64,000 nucleotides of DNA from Glaucostegus cemiculus (taxonomy: Eukaryota): NCBI GenBank assembly GCA_976551045.1, contig CDPCPM010000151.1, positions 2,108,001-2,172,000 on the forward strand, written 5' to 3'. The position numbers and the translations under genes are program-made. Every line of letters begins with the position of its first letter. Within the stretch, counting starts at the first letter, position 1. Of this stretch, positions 24,661-38,258 are shown piece by piece. The notes under the pieces are model-generated. The model saw only the letters and a program-made list of their open reading frames with translations, was not told the DNA's origin and did not search any database.

Positions 24661-24834
24661 GCAGCATAGTCTGTACAAAAAAGCTACAGTTTGGCATTTG
24701 ATCATGCATGCAATGTGTGTTTGTGAGCAGTCAGAGAAGAACGATGAACAAATCAGATCTGCCTTTTAAAGTTCTCCATGTTCTCCACATATTGCTAATG
24801 TATATTCTGCATGTTACCTCATTAGGAATCTACA
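24661..24834 (+). repeat. 3' LTR of ancient Gypsy element
   Basis: Preceded by purine tract AAACAAGGAA; aligns with the 5' LTR; ends ACA. Confidence 0.7.
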
Positions 24835-25669
24835 AAGCTACTTGCACTCTGGTTAAAACATATATAACTACATTATTCACTTAAAAGCCATGAGTTATTT
24901 TCAATAGATATTTTTCTCAGTGTTCCTAGTGCCGCAGCTATAGTTTGAGTAGAATATTTCCAAGATGTAATTATGCAAAAGACCATTAACACTGGGGATC
25001 CTTGGCTACGAACGGTAAAAATGAAATGTATTAGTGTGCACTTAGTTACACTCTCATACTTCAATGAATTGAATTTCTAGAGGGTACAACACTCAAATGC
25101 TACAATATCATGCTTTAAGTACATGTGTCTGAGGATGAATTTTGGATAACTCTCTTAATATGGTATTTGAGTTATCAGATATGGACCAATCATTACCATA
25201 GCAACTTACCCTACAGTAAGTCATCTTCCAGTTTTTAAGTGTTGAATCCATCAAACTTCAGAGCCTGCAATGCAAAATAATGAGCCGAGAAGAAAGACAG
25301 TAATTTAATGAATTCTAACCTGGGGCCTGTGTTTTTTAAGCACCTGACAATCTATTAAATTGTCAAATGACAGCAGAGCACCTGTAATAGATCTCAATAT
25401 GTCTGACATAGACAACCAGTAGATTTCATAATGAAGTTTAATTTCTCCCAAGTTGAAACATAACAGCTCCAACCTTGTTCTATGTCCACTAATTTCTCAT
25501 TTTAATCCAACTGGTTTTGGTGGAGGTTGTGTCTGAGATTCTGGAAGGCACCTTATTATTAAATACCATTTACATTTTCACAAGGGTATTCTGAACATTG
25601 CTGTCTCAGGCATGCACCTCCAACCACTTTCTTCACCCCCTACTCACAAAATCACAAGACTAGGGGTGA

Positions 25670-26020
25670 GACATTGGTGCAACTAGTAGACCTTCTGCCT
25701 CACTGCTCTGGGGACATGGGATCCATCCTGACCTCCAGTGATAATTGTATAGAGTTTGTACTTTCTCCCTGTGACCATGTGGGTTTCTTCTGGGTGCCCT
25801 AACTTCCCCTCATCTGCCAAGGAAATGCAGGTCAGTAGGCTAATTGAGCACTTTAAATTATCCATAGTATGTTGATGAATGGTAGAATCTAGGGGGAGCT
25901 GAGGGGAATGTGAGAAGAATAAAATGGGATTAGTATAGCATTTGTGTAAATTCATAGTTTTTGATGATTGTTGTGGACTCAGTGGCCGAAGGTTCATCTT
26001 CTTTACTGTGTGACTCTACA
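25670..26020 (+). mobile_element. Older V-core SINE (HE1-like), long middle region, CR1-type tail
   Basis: CTCCCTGTGACCATGTGGGTTTCTTCTGGGTGC core, GGTAGAATCT.GGGG, GGCCGAAGG tail. Confidence 0.8.
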
Positions 26021-29000
26021 ACCATGGCAAAAACCTTCTTCAACCTTGAACTTGGTGGAAGTCACCTTTTCTTGGTTATGATGATAAATGTGCCCACAAC
26101 CACCTGGTCCAGGTACACATTCATTGGCCAGCTAAAAGGTTCTGCTGGATGCAGCCAACCAACCGGCCTATGATATTCAGTTGAGGCCTGAATTAAAATT
26201 TGCTGAACCTTCAACTTGAATACCACTGCAGAATGCCGCCTATTTCTTCTGCTTTTATAATATGTTAAAATTAACTCTTTTGCCTTTAAAGAAATAAATC
26301 CATTTTAACCACAAGTACATTTCAATAGTGGAGTAATATGTTTGCATTATATTGCATTACATCACCAATGCCCGGGTGCATCACTGACATAACACAACAC
26401 AAGGTCATCTGCTCACCTTGGTAAAGCAAATCAAGTCAGCACAAGCAACTGAGCAAATTGCTGATGTTGTGTTTCTCAAAACGAATCATCACTTGCAAAA
26501 TCTAAGAGTACATTAAATGGTCTGGCAATATTGAAAATGATTTTCCAGATTTATTTCTCCCCTTACTGACCCTGGTTTACCCCCTTTCTCCAAGGTGATT
26601 ACATGGCAGCTGAGGAGTTGATGGGTTGGGAATAGTCTATCATATTACTCCAGGTATCAGGAGAATGGGGTAGTCTGAGGACCAAGTGCTCTTTGCCTGT
26701 CTTTCTTATTGTATGAATTTATAATATCAATATTTCTCACTTATCTTAAACAAATAGGTTGATGGCACCTTTAAACATTATGCCAATCAAATAATGTAGT
26801 CTTCCCAATCAAATAGTGACAAGAACAATACAAATGATTCCAATGTTTTGTCCCTTGCAAACTTTAACATTTTTGATTTGTCTTTATAATGCAATTGAAT
26901 TATCTTTTCTCATTCTCTGCTTCATTAACAGAAGTGATGCAGTTTTCAATTCCACAAATGTGTGAAAAAAGGGATTTAAATGTATGAGAATATGAAATGT
27001 ATCTGCTGAAAATAGCAAAATGTGAAAGAGAAATAATATCAGCCATTCACACTTCACTCACATTGAATTTAGTCAACAAAGAAAACCACAAATCAGCAAA
27101 TGGTTACCTAAGAGGTTTTCTTACAATATAAAGACATGTTGCAGTAGTGGGCCATCTTTTTAAAACTGTAATTTAAAATAAGATAGGTAAGGATTAAATT
27201 TTCTAGCAAGGCTACCTCACAGCTAGATGAAATTGCCACACATATATCATTAAGTAAGCCAGCAGTTTTAGGTCAGCAGCTTTAAATCAGGTTTTAATTC
27301 TCAACGGTTATTTCTCCTTTCTGCCTCTCCTCTCCCAAAAGTGTGTGTGGCTGACATTTGTACATACTGTGGCTAATTGGCCATTTTTCAACACAAGCCT
27401 TAGTGACAAATGAAATAAACTAACTCTTTGCTGACCAGGGATTAATTTTGGATCCCTTCTGATCCATGTGACTTAGCTACACATTGGATAAACTTCCCAG
27501 GCCAATTGAAGAATCTTACATTAGTTGTTTAATGTTGTTTTGCTTGCATGAGTGGCATAGTGTCATGTGAGGAACACAAATGTAAAATTAATCTTAGTTC
27601 TGACAATCAGGCATTTGTGACTTAAGGTATTCAACAACCAAAGATGATTGATGATATTATGCACAGTAAGCGATGTGGCTGTTTTTCAATAATATATCAG
27701 AGCAAAATGGAAAGGCTGGAAATCTGATTTGGAAAATAAATCATTTTTTTTTATAAATCCCTGGTTGGTCATTATTCATTTCCAGTGTCTTGGATGAAGT
27801 GTCTGGTATCCCAAGATGGTTTACTAGAGCTGATTGGAGTTATGCTACATTAGCCATTCTTTTTGTTTCCTATTATGAGTTTGTTAATATTATTGAAGAG
27901 ATGAGTGGTAGAGATATTTGGAATGAATCAAGTTTATAACACATTGTCATGCAATCAACAAATGCATCACTGACTTTGAATTTAATTAATTGTTTTAAAG
28001 CTTTCATTGTGGATTTGATTGCTTGCACTACAAAAATACCTCAAATTCACAGCCAACTTCAGTGACATCCAACTTTTATTTGTGCAACACTACTTAAAAA
28101 TGCATAATTATGCTAGTTTTCACTTTGAAAATGAAAAGGGAACTATAAAATATTTAATTTAACAGCATAAATCTTGTTAAGCATATTTTTTAGAATCTAC
28201 ATTGAAGTCTATTCCATCAATTCCGACAAATTGCCAAATCCAAATTTCAACAGAAAAGGATTTTTGTTTTGCTATAATGGGGTAAGAATAAACAACAACA
28301 AGAGTATTCTTCAGCCTCTGACCTTCAAACAGCTTCCAGCTTCAAGCTCCACACCCCTTAATGCTTCCATGGTGCTTAAAATGGCCATTGCTGAGGAACT
28401 GAAAGGATCTGCACTTTTGGCTCCTCTTTCTATTGACATTTCTTTACCTCTGTCCGATTCTGCCTTGTCTTGCAAGGGTAGAATTAGCATTACTTGCTTA
28501 AAGAATCATACAGGCCTGACTATCATGTATTGTACCGAATGGAAACAAAAACTCTGCTTCATAATTGTGTTCGAAAGAATTTCTGATTGGTTTCAGTGAG
28601 TATGAGTCTTGAAGACTGTGTTGCCTTCTTGGTGTCAAGATTGAGGAACTTGGAGTGGAAAGAGGAGGATCCAATTTCTGGCCCACATCGGCAGACTTTA
28701 AGGAGGTTCAGCAAAAACAGATTATGAAGGTAAAACATTTAAATTAACAAACTACACGCAAGTTGATATAGATCATTTGGTTTAGTGTACGCGAGAAAGG
28801 GATTTTAATTCACTGGACAGGGGCACTGATGCTGTGGAAATAGGAGCTGTTCCTTTGGGCTTGGTTTCACTTGGATAAGGCTGGAGCCTGTGTCCAGACA
28901 AATCGAATGACTGGGGCTGTAGATTTTAGCCTAAATGTCTGTTAGCCTAGTAGTCTGTGGGACAGATTTCCATCTGTCTCTCTTGCCTTGTTCACCCTCA

Positions 29001-29084
29001 GCGGTATTCCTTTCAATTCTTGTCTTTGATCAAGCATTGGCCAAATCCCCCTTCCACAGCCACACCTCTTTCCTTAGCAAATTC

Positions 29085-29160
29085 TTTCCCCACAGATGTG
29101 GCCTGATCTGATGAGTATTTCCAGTATATTCCAATTTTATTTTAGATTTCCAGCATCTTT
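29085..29160. mobile_element. Penelope-type terminal fragment
   Basis: CCACAGATGTGGCCTGATCTGATGAGTATTTCCAG..AGATTTCCAGCATCT, as in 1430-1500. Confidence 0.6.
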
Positions 29161-29311
29161 AGGTTTCTTTTTGATTTACAGCAAGAAAGGGTGTTGGCTC
29201 AGAAAATTAGGAAATAAAACCACTTTTTCTGGAGATAAGGAATAACGAGCTAAAGGCATTAATTATTATAATCTACAAACTCCATACTAGCTAGTCCTGT
29301 AATTTAAAATA

Positions 29312-29580
29312 AGGGCGGCACGATAGCGTAGCGGTTAGCGTGACGCTATTACAGCGCCAGTGATTGGGGTTCGATTCCCGTCGCTGTCTGTAAGGAGTTT
29401 GTACGTTCTCCCATGTCTGCGTGGGTTTCCTCTGGGTGCTCCGGTTTCCTCCCACATTCTAAAAAAAAGACGTATGGGTAGGTTAATTTGGGGGTTTAAA
29501 ATAGGCGGCGCGGACTCGTTGGGCCGAAAGGGCCTGTTACCACGCTGTAAATAAAATTTAAATCTAAAAATTTAAATTTA
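29312..29580 (+). mobile_element. Full-length young V-core SINE, tail type A, 11-bp TSD
   Basis: A box 29324-29334, B box GGTTCGATTCC 29368-29378; AATTTAAAATA at 29301-29311 and 29581-29591; CpG-rich. Confidence 0.95.
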
Positions 29581-29799
29581 AATTTAAAATACAAAGGGAT
29601 GATTTAGAAAAATGTTTTGGTTCAGTTTAATATTTCTAATTATTTTAAGTGTTTTCTAATATAATGTTTTATTTTTATTTCAATTTTCACCAATTCAATA
29701 AGGTGCCACATAAAATATTACTTCATAAGCTATTAAATTCATGATATTTGGTGTAATCTATTACTGTGGATTGGCCAACTTGCAAAGAAACACTTGGAA

Positions 29800-30880
29800 T
29801 AAAATGGTTATTTTCATGTTGGCAAGCTGAAACTAAGCAGAACCACAGGGATCAGTGCTGGGACCTCAACGAGTTACAATCTATATTAATGATTTAAACA
29901 AAAAGATTGTGTGAGTTGCAGAATACTTGCTGACAACATGAAGATAGATGGGTTAGCAAGTTGTTAGGAAAACACAAAGGATTTGCAAATGGGTATCGGC
30001 AGATTTTGTGAATGGACAGAAATTTGGTAAAAAGTTTATAATAAATATCGGGAAATATGGGATTACCCACTTGGGCAGCAAAAATAGCAAGACAGAATAT
30101 CATTTATATGGATGGTGCCATGGTACAGAGGGAACTAGCTATCTTCATATTTGAAACACAAAGTTTTTTTAGACATCTTTATTAGTCACATGTACATCAA
30201 AACACACAGTGAAATGCATCTTTTGCATAGAGTGTTCTGGGGGCAGCCCGCAAGTATTCTGGTGCCAACACTGCATGCCCACAACTTCCTAACCCATGCA
30301 TCTTTGGAATGTGGGAGGAACCCGAGCACCCGGAGGAAACCCATGCAGACGTATTAGCCTGCAGGTACAGCAATTAACTTGGAAGACAAATAGTCATTTG
30401 ACCTTTATTGAAAGAGGGCTAGAGTATAGAAAATGGAAGTCTTACTTCAACTGTGATGGGCATTGGTGGGATCACATCTGGAATACTGCTTTCAGCATTG
30501 TCTTCTTACTTGAATAAGATTTGTCACAGAGGCAGAACACTGAAGGTTCACTGGGGTGACCTCATTGAACATACAAGATTCTGAGCTTTCATCCTATGGG
30601 GTAGTCTACAACCTTAGAGGCTATGGTCTTAGGATAACGGTTTGCCCATTTAAGGTCTTTCAAAGGGTTGTGGCTCTTTGGAATTCTCTCATCCGGAGAG
30701 TTTTGAATGCTGGGTTTTAAATATATTAAAGGGTGTGATAGATTTTTTGGGTGACAGGGAAATCAAGGATAAGAGGATTGAAAAGAGGAGTTGAGTTTAA
30801 AGTTCATATCACCATGATAATAAATGATAAACCAGCCTCAAGGACCTGTATAACCTATTGCTGCTACCTGTACCTTTGTT
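29800..30880 (+). mobile_element. Old degraded CR1 3' half
   Basis: CCACAGGGATCAGTGCTGGGACC (PQGSVLGP), TATATTAATGAT, HLEYC-like relic, CR1 3' UTR; interrupted by a SINE. Confidence 0.75.
30170..30350 (-). mobile_element. 5'-truncated type B SINE
   Basis: Reverse complement of V core plus Rex1-like tail. Confidence 0.85.
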
Positions 30881-32524
30881 CTAAGTTGATCTTGTGGAAT
30901 CTACACTGAGGTGCAGGAAAGTCAAAATGGCTCACCGCTGACTGTAAAATCAGGGCCAGCAAGTGGTCATCTCCAAGCCCTACATAACTTGGGTGATAAA
31001 CATCAATAAGTTGTGCCAGCCTGCAGAAAGGACAGATGTGATTGCAGAAATTTATTTTCTATTAATTACATTAATTTGCAAAGGTCAGTGGGGAGGGAGG
31101 CTGGAAATCCTGAGAGTGGAAGAGAGGCAGGTTGGAGACCCTGCAAGCAGGACTACTGATGACCTTCTGAGACACAGGGTCAGTGGGTTGAAAGATCCAG
31201 TTCATTTCATCAGAGGGCTGAATTTCTGCAATATTACTTCATAAGGAAGGCTGTGGGCATGTACCCATGTTAGAATATAACTACAGCTCAGACTTACGTG
31301 ATATGTCATTAAGGATGTAAGGATTTCCTAAGGATGTGAGACGAACTCCATGAATCCAGGTTCCTCCAGTCTTTCCCTAAGAGACTGGTGTTTTGGCTAC
31401 AACAGCAATGAAATGATAAGAGGTCCTCGGGCAGCCTACTCTGCAGACAGCAAATTACGCAGTTCAGATAAATTATATTGTATGTGAAGATGGAGCAGAA
31501 GTAGCTGTGGGAGAAAAAGAAGTCCTTTGTTGTACCCAACAGGAATTTTTTGATTGTTAACTGAGGTACAGAACTTCCAGCTCTTCAAAATATATTAGGA
31601 CAAGGTGTTTTCATCAAGATAGGGACAAAGAAACTTTGTATGCACACATAAAATATTTATAAGGTGAACCTTGCTTTATTTCATAAAGTGGTTCAACTCT
31701 TAACTCCTTGGCAAGAAAGTAATCTACTGGTCAACGAGTTAATCTGAGAGCATCAAGCAGTTTTAATTCAAGCAGAAACAAAATAAAATGTTGGAAACCT
31801 TCAGTAGGTGAACAGCAGAAAGAAAAACAGTTAACACTTCAGGTCTGGGATTCTTCAAGACTTCTTGGCCTGAAAATTGGATCATGTAGTATCATATACC
31901 TGTGATCCAATTTAAATGAAAAGTGTAATATCAATGACTTTAGAAACTATTTTCCTTCCAAGGGCCAAGGATGATAACCTTAGTACTATGCATTGGCATG
32001 ACTCGAACCCCTTCCAGGATTTTTTAATGTCCATGTGTGACTTGCACTGTTTATGGGCCACTGATGCAGAAGTATACTTTTACAGTGTCTACTGCCCAAG
32101 CCCTCTGCCCCCACTTAGCTCTCCTGTTCTACTTGAGTAGCAAGTCAATTACGAACTAGCAATCCTATCCCCATATGATTTTCAGTAACCAAACCGTTGC
32201 TTCTTTTCCCTGCCCATTGATTGGCACTAATCCCTGACCTCATCCCCAGACTTACATGACCTTCTTGATTTTGCCAGGCTGATTCAATAGCAGATGACAC
32301 CTTGGGCTTCATGTGCTACAAATCTTTCAGCCAAAGGTCCACAAACAAAATATTTATTGGCCTGCTGTGAACAGACAAACCTTTAAAAGTCCTAACCAAT
32401 TTCTAATTTTTATTTTACAGAAAATTAGCAGCAAATAGTTGAGAATCTGATGGGTTAGAGACCCATGGGGATGGGCTTTATCCAAGTTAGCAGGATGCTG
32501 AATATCACTACCTGTTGAAACAGT

Positions 32525-32628
32525 CTAGTTGGTTCAAGACTATCACCACCTTCTTAAAGCAATTAGGGATTGGCAAAATATATTGGCAATGCTAGGAATG
32601 TCCTCACCATGTGAATAGATTTAAGAAA
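32525..32628 (+). mobile_element. 3' end of ancient CR1/L2-group LINE
   Basis: GGTTCAAG..CACCACCTTCT.AA.GCAATTAGGGAT.GGCAA, same family as 55632-57470. Confidence 0.5.
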
Positions 32629-33954
32629 AGGATCTGTACTTTTTCTGCTGTGCCACTTGTACTTCATGGAACACAGTGGCTGGTAAAAGAATAATAGATG
32701 CAGTCAGGTGTCTTTTGGAGTCATTCCGAGGCAATAACCACTGGACTTATGTGGGTGAAGTGATTTATTCTGTTTGTCTCAGGAAATAGCAGACAATGGG
32801 ACTCAAATTATACATGATTATTCACAGTTCACTGAAATTGATTTTGTTTCATTAATTGCAGAGCCCAGAAATTATATTCTCCAGAAGTACAATGTTATCT
32901 TAAACAAAAAGGCTTGAAGAACAAAAACATCTCATTGTTAAAATGATAACGAAGCCACTAAATTGCATAGAACTGTGGATAAAGCCTGAAAATTGGCTGC
33001 AATATCAGCCCATTTAACATTAAAGGAAGGCCATGTGTGGCATTTTCAATACTGGCTTGAAATAAGCAGGTTAAGTTTTAAATTGCCTCACCAAGGATTG
33101 TAACATGAAAGGGTTCAGTACTTTCGTTTTAAAACTGCAGAGTTAAGTTTGGTGCTTAATGACCTCAAAGAGTTTCCAAGGTTTTCAACTCAACACCAAT
33201 GAAATGCTGAGGAGAATATAAGGTCCTTGGAATATCTTTGGAAGTTTTATTGAAGAAAATCCAACCTCAAAAGGTAGAACACATTAAGAAAATAAACTAC
33301 AAAGAAGACATACTTGTCTCTCAAAGTTAGCTTGCACCATAGAACATGCGGAATCTCCCCAAGCCTGGGTTATATCCTGCATGCAATGATTCCAAATGAT
33401 TTTTTTTTCTAATACCTTAGCATCAAATAATAAGGAACATTGAAAATATTGATTGCAGTTGAAAATACAGCAAACCTGTGCTAATTTACCAAATTAGTTT
33501 TTGCAAATTAACAAATTTTGTTCAGGATACAATCAGTTTCTTTCCTACAACAAGGCACAGGATTACCTTTTAATCTCACTCACACCTTACTATTTAGGTA
33601 GTTAATTGATTGGCACTGCAATGATCACTTCTGCTGTTAGTCTGTTACACATATATATCTTTCTATGAGGGAAACAATTTCAAATGCTCCAGGCTAGATA
33701 TAGTTGTACAAAAATCTTAGTCCGATACTCACTGTTCAATTTAACTAAGACATTTATATTTGTAAAACCAATACTCACCTCACGTTTAATGATAAATTCT
33801 GTATAAAGATCTGCTGTCTCTAATGGAGTGAGTTCTTACCAATGTTTGCTCTCTGCTTTAAGCCACATTCACTACAGCATTGTTCATATTAAAGATAATA
33901 ATATTCAGTGAAGTTTTGTATTCCTCATAATCTCCCACTTGCTGGTAAATGTGA

Positions 33955-34411
33955 TCCCAATAGATAGGTGTTTGATGGTCAGCATAGCCAAGTTAGGCTG
34001 AAGGACCTGTTCCTCTGCTGTATGTCTCTATGATTCTATCAGGATAAACATAGACTCTATGATAGAGGTGTACAAGATGAGAAGAGGCATAAATCAAGTA
34101 GACAGTCAGAGACTTTTTTCCAGGGTGATAATGATTAACACAAGGGAACATAAATTTAAAGTGATTGGAGGAGGGTATAAGGGGGATGTCAGGGGTAAAT
34201 TTTTTACACACAGAGTGGTGGGTGCGTGGAATGCACTGCTGGCAGAGGTTGTGGGGGCAAATAATTAGGGACATCTAAGAGACTCTTAGATAGACACATG
34301 AATGATATAAAAATAGGGGGCTATGTGGGAGGGAATGGTTAGATAGATCTTAGGGCACAACATTGTGGGCCAAAGGGCCTGTGCTGTGCTATAGTGTTCT
34401 ATGTTCTATGT
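33955..34411 (+). mobile_element. Two adjacent CR1-type 3' ends (about 33955-34040 and 34058-34411)
   Basis: ORF 34059-34268 IEVYKM..FFTHRVVGAWNAL; tails CTATGATTCTAT and TTCTATGTTCTATG. Confidence 0.88.
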
Positions 34412-36224
34412 CTTACCTGCAATTCATGGAGAGGCCTAAGTTCTAAAATCATAGATCTTCCCTTACTTATTTACAAACTAATCTTTAAAATCTAGTTTCA
34501 CCAAATTAATTTGAACATCAAAGAATGAGGGCAAAGCTTGTAAGGATTTCCAATGGAAGAACAAATCACTATCTTTCACATTTCAGGGTTCAGTAGCCCA
34601 TTCATGAGAATTTGTAAACAACTAACCAGAGCTTGAGAATATTATAGGCAGCTCCAATGTTCAATAAGGTAATGAGAGCTCTTCTACCTCCATACCATTG
34701 CCGTAGTCCTTCCAATTTAAGTGTTCATATGATGAAGAGCAACACCTGCAACATAATTCTCTATACAAGCAACATTGTTTCAAATAGAAGAACAATCTAA
34801 GTAGAGGATGTACACAACTGAATGAGGGAATGCTTTCTCTTATTTTGATGTAATGACCTCTTTGGTTATATATTTATAAGAAAAGCATTGAGTATTCATG
34901 TCTAATAGTCAACTGTCTTCCATTATTTATCTAATAAAAAGGACTTGTGCTTGGAATAAAACCAGAATGTATACACCGTTTTTATCTTTCAGCACAACAC
35001 TCCAGCAATCTGCAGAGGCTTGTTTTACTGCGTAGATTATTAATTGTGGAGTGTGATAATGTGTTTATCTGATCATAATTTGTGTCTCTTTTAGTCTTGT
35101 GTTTCGATTATGAATGTCTCTGTTTGGATTTCATCCTGGTTCCCTTTTGATTATTATGTTTGCTTTCTTTTCTTATTATGTTTCACTGGCAGTGCATTTT
35201 GGGATTGTTTGCACAGAGTAATGGATAGGTCAGAGGGCATATATAGCTTTTGGGAGATTGCCATACTTCACAATATTAGACTTCTTCTGTTTCATCTTAC
35301 AGAAGTGAATTAGCATATATATTTTTCTCGACTGAACTTTGGTTAGAATCTTTACACTTATGAAGATGAAGGATGTGGATTCAGGAATGAAATGCTTTTC
35401 TACTTTTGTAATTGGCTGCAACTCACATATCTGCACAATTTGACACAGCTTTTCACTGACCTCAGCCTAAAAATGACACTTCGTCTTTCACAAGTCTAAC
35501 ATTTCCATCTCAGCCAAGTGCTGAATTACTAAACAACCCTCACTGACATTCATAGATTAGTGTGTAACAGTGTGCAGTTTTATGTGCTGGATACAATTTA
35601 GGAGGGAAGAGATGTGGAAAAAAGAGAGAAATGTATTTTTATTTCATCAGTCTGGATCAATTTGAGTTATAAACTCTAGTTAATCTGTGCCCCTTGCTGC
35701 TTTAGGTCTGTTGTTTAATTTTTAAAACAAAACAGAGGGAGGGGTGAATACTTACTTTGGTTCAACATCCTTGAGCCTCTAACATCACTGGCAAACAGAG
35801 TTTAGAAAAATATTTGCCTAGAAATTGGTCAGCACTGGTAAGATGACAGATCATCTACCTCCATGCCCTTATCCAATTCCCATTATCTTGATCAGATATT
35901 TGACATGAGCAACAATCTTTTTTTTCTAAGCCCACTGCTGACCACTGCTGCCAACTTCAGCAACACATGAGGACCAAGGTGTCAGGCACTGCAGGACTGG
36001 GTCTTTCCTCTGTGCATTCCACCAGAGCAGTGCACCCAATGGATATCAGGTGACTTCAGGGGCTGGAAGCTGGGTGGGGCTCCCAGGAGAACTTTAAGTT
36101 TCTTGGCCAATTAATACGTAAGGAATCTGGGTAAACATTAGCTCCTAGTTATTAGTTTAGGATAGTATTAGGAGTCAAGTGATGTTCAGGGGTTAGCCTT
36201 TGTAGTTGGTAAAATATGATTGAT

Positions 36225-36455
36225 AGGCATGGAGCCTGAAGGTAGGATTGTTGACTAGGAATTGGGAAATGGATTGGATTGGTGGTTGATAGTTGGGGGG
36301 TGTGGGTCATTGGTTCAAGGTGGGGATGGGAGGCTAGATTGGTTCAGCAAATTAATAGGTGGGGAGATGGTGTCTGGTTGGGTGTTTGATGGGTTGAGAT
36401 TGGTTGGGAGGGGAGGAAGGAGTGATGTTTGGGAGAGGGGAAGGTTGTTGTGGTA
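36225..36455. repeat. G-rich, C-poor low-complexity tract
   Basis: Many GG/GGG runs and almost no C on plus. Confidence 0.7.
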
Positions 36456-38258
36456 ATTCTGGAAGTGGGTCCAAAGAAAATTTGGGTATATTAAAGGGGA
36501 CCTACATGAGCATGTATCCCAGAAAAGGCAAGTAATCTGTGCAGGCATGCTCCCTTTAAGTTACACTGAAGCATATCTGCTAGGTGTTTGACTCTATGTG
36601 ACGGGCACTGAAATGATATGGTCTAAGGATGCACCATTGGGCATCTACTACATGTGCTCAGGGTCTTCCATACTGCAGTCTATCAGACACATGAAGGACC
36701 CGTAATGAAAATCACTGACTAGGTGCAACTTTCAAGAAGTTCTTGATTTTCAATTATGTTTTATTATTCATTGAAACTGGATCATGCTTCACATAAAAAT
36801 GTGTCTCTACACGATCTAATTTCCAGGCCATTATTCTGACATATAAAAGGAGAATGAAAATTTCAGCCAAGCAACATTTTAGTTCCTTTCAACTTACAGC
36901 TCCATTGACTTCCAATTGAGCTTCAACTGTTGCTAACTGCTCAAGAAAATGTACCCCACAAATAAATGGTAAGGCCATAAACTGCACAGCTAATGCTAGT
37001 TGCACCACTGCAATCAGGATGCTGAGTTGAAATCACAACTTTTAACATGAGACTCACACTGGGACAAATGAATGCAGAGAAGTTATGTTTTATGATCTCA
37101 GGACACATTTTCCAGTGTGTCCCATTTTGTCCTCCACATATTTTTAAGGATTATTAGTGTGCATAATCACAAAATGGTTATTCATTGTTTTGAACATATA
37201 ATTACTGCTGTGAGATGTGAAGGAAGTAAGTGAGTTTCTGATCTTTGTACCAAGAATCAAGTAAAGATCAAGTGCTTCCACACAGGGAGAGAGAATCTCC
37301 TGAGCCTTGCCTGTGTTGCACTAATAAGACATGAAAGTGAGCTATTCATATGCAGTATGTACTCTGAATGATGCTTGGAGTGAGGAATCCTGAAACAGAC
37401 TTCCTGATAAAAAGACGGAATCTTATTGACAATAACAAGAACTTAAGATGTTCTTCAACTTTTCCTTTTGAAGTTATTGCAAATTTGTCTGCTATGCATT
37501 AAAGAGGATAATCAGGGGAAAAAAAAGAATGCTTATACAAACTGCAGCAGATTACCGAGGGTGAGAATAAGGCAAATGAGCAAAATCACAGTATGGTCCA
37601 CAAACTCTAGGCCTTTTTACAGATTTGAATGATTACCATTATAATTGAAAGAATTAACCAATCTCTGAAATTAAAATGTCCTCTGTATTATTTTTCAGTT
37701 TTTAGGAATTTATTTTTTATTTTTCAGGACATCAACATAAGAAGTGCCAGGGAGAAGCTGACTGACATTTTGCCACTAGCATGATACCCTTCATTAATTG
37801 AAATCTCTTGTCCTCTAATATTGCAAGTTTTACCATTACAATGTGATTTAATGCAAAAATTATATTCTAATGTGATTTGATCATCCTGTGGTGTTAAGGA
37901 ATGACAACCAACTTAGGCCATCAGATAAAAGGGAATTAGCTTGTGGAGATAATTAGAGCAGGGAATGGAAATACAATAAAGACCACATTTTAAAATCAAA
38001 CATTCTGTTCTTATTTTTATAGAACAATTTCAAACAGCTTCTTGGTTAGAATGTGAGGTTCTCTGCAGGACCCAAAACTTAATGTGTGAGGACATAATTA
38101 CAGTGTGAAATTTTACATAAGTTGTTTCTAAATGGATGGGAGGGTTACAAAACTAAACGAGAAGTGAATGTGAATATAAGATTATTAACACATTGGAGAA
38201 AAATAGTCAATACGGTGCCATTTATTAACACACCTTGCATCCATTTAAACAACTTAAG

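Larger units (their letters stand above)
18818..24834 (+). mobile_element. Ancient Gypsy (probably Mag-like) LTR retrotransposon, decayed, with nested insertions
   Basis: gag relics DVSFDEIIGKLQN / VESYKF*TRNQRSDETISD (about 19350-19650); RNase H LVQYN..PVKL, LSHVMD..EKPI, AQIDKELLAVIFG (about 19925-20105); integrase TTESIREELRSIF, FEQFVKQNGIRH (about 20950-21125), resuming VQPVKKAL at 24020; paired LTRs. Confidence 0.8.

Noticed and set aside
29312-29385. tRNA gene
   Set aside because: A and B boxes are present but run into the V core and LINE-like tail with a TSD; it is a SINE head. The same applies near 9750-9825.
36225-36455. G-quadruplex or telomere-like tract
   Set aside because: Irregular G runs with long spacers and no TTAGGG periodicity; treated as low complexity.
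37474-37785. Two phase-compatible plus-strand exon candidates (LLQICLL..RLPR / DINIRSAREK..)
   Set aside because: Plausible splice sites but no recognisable protein; such pairs are expected by chance in 64 kb of AT-rich DNA.
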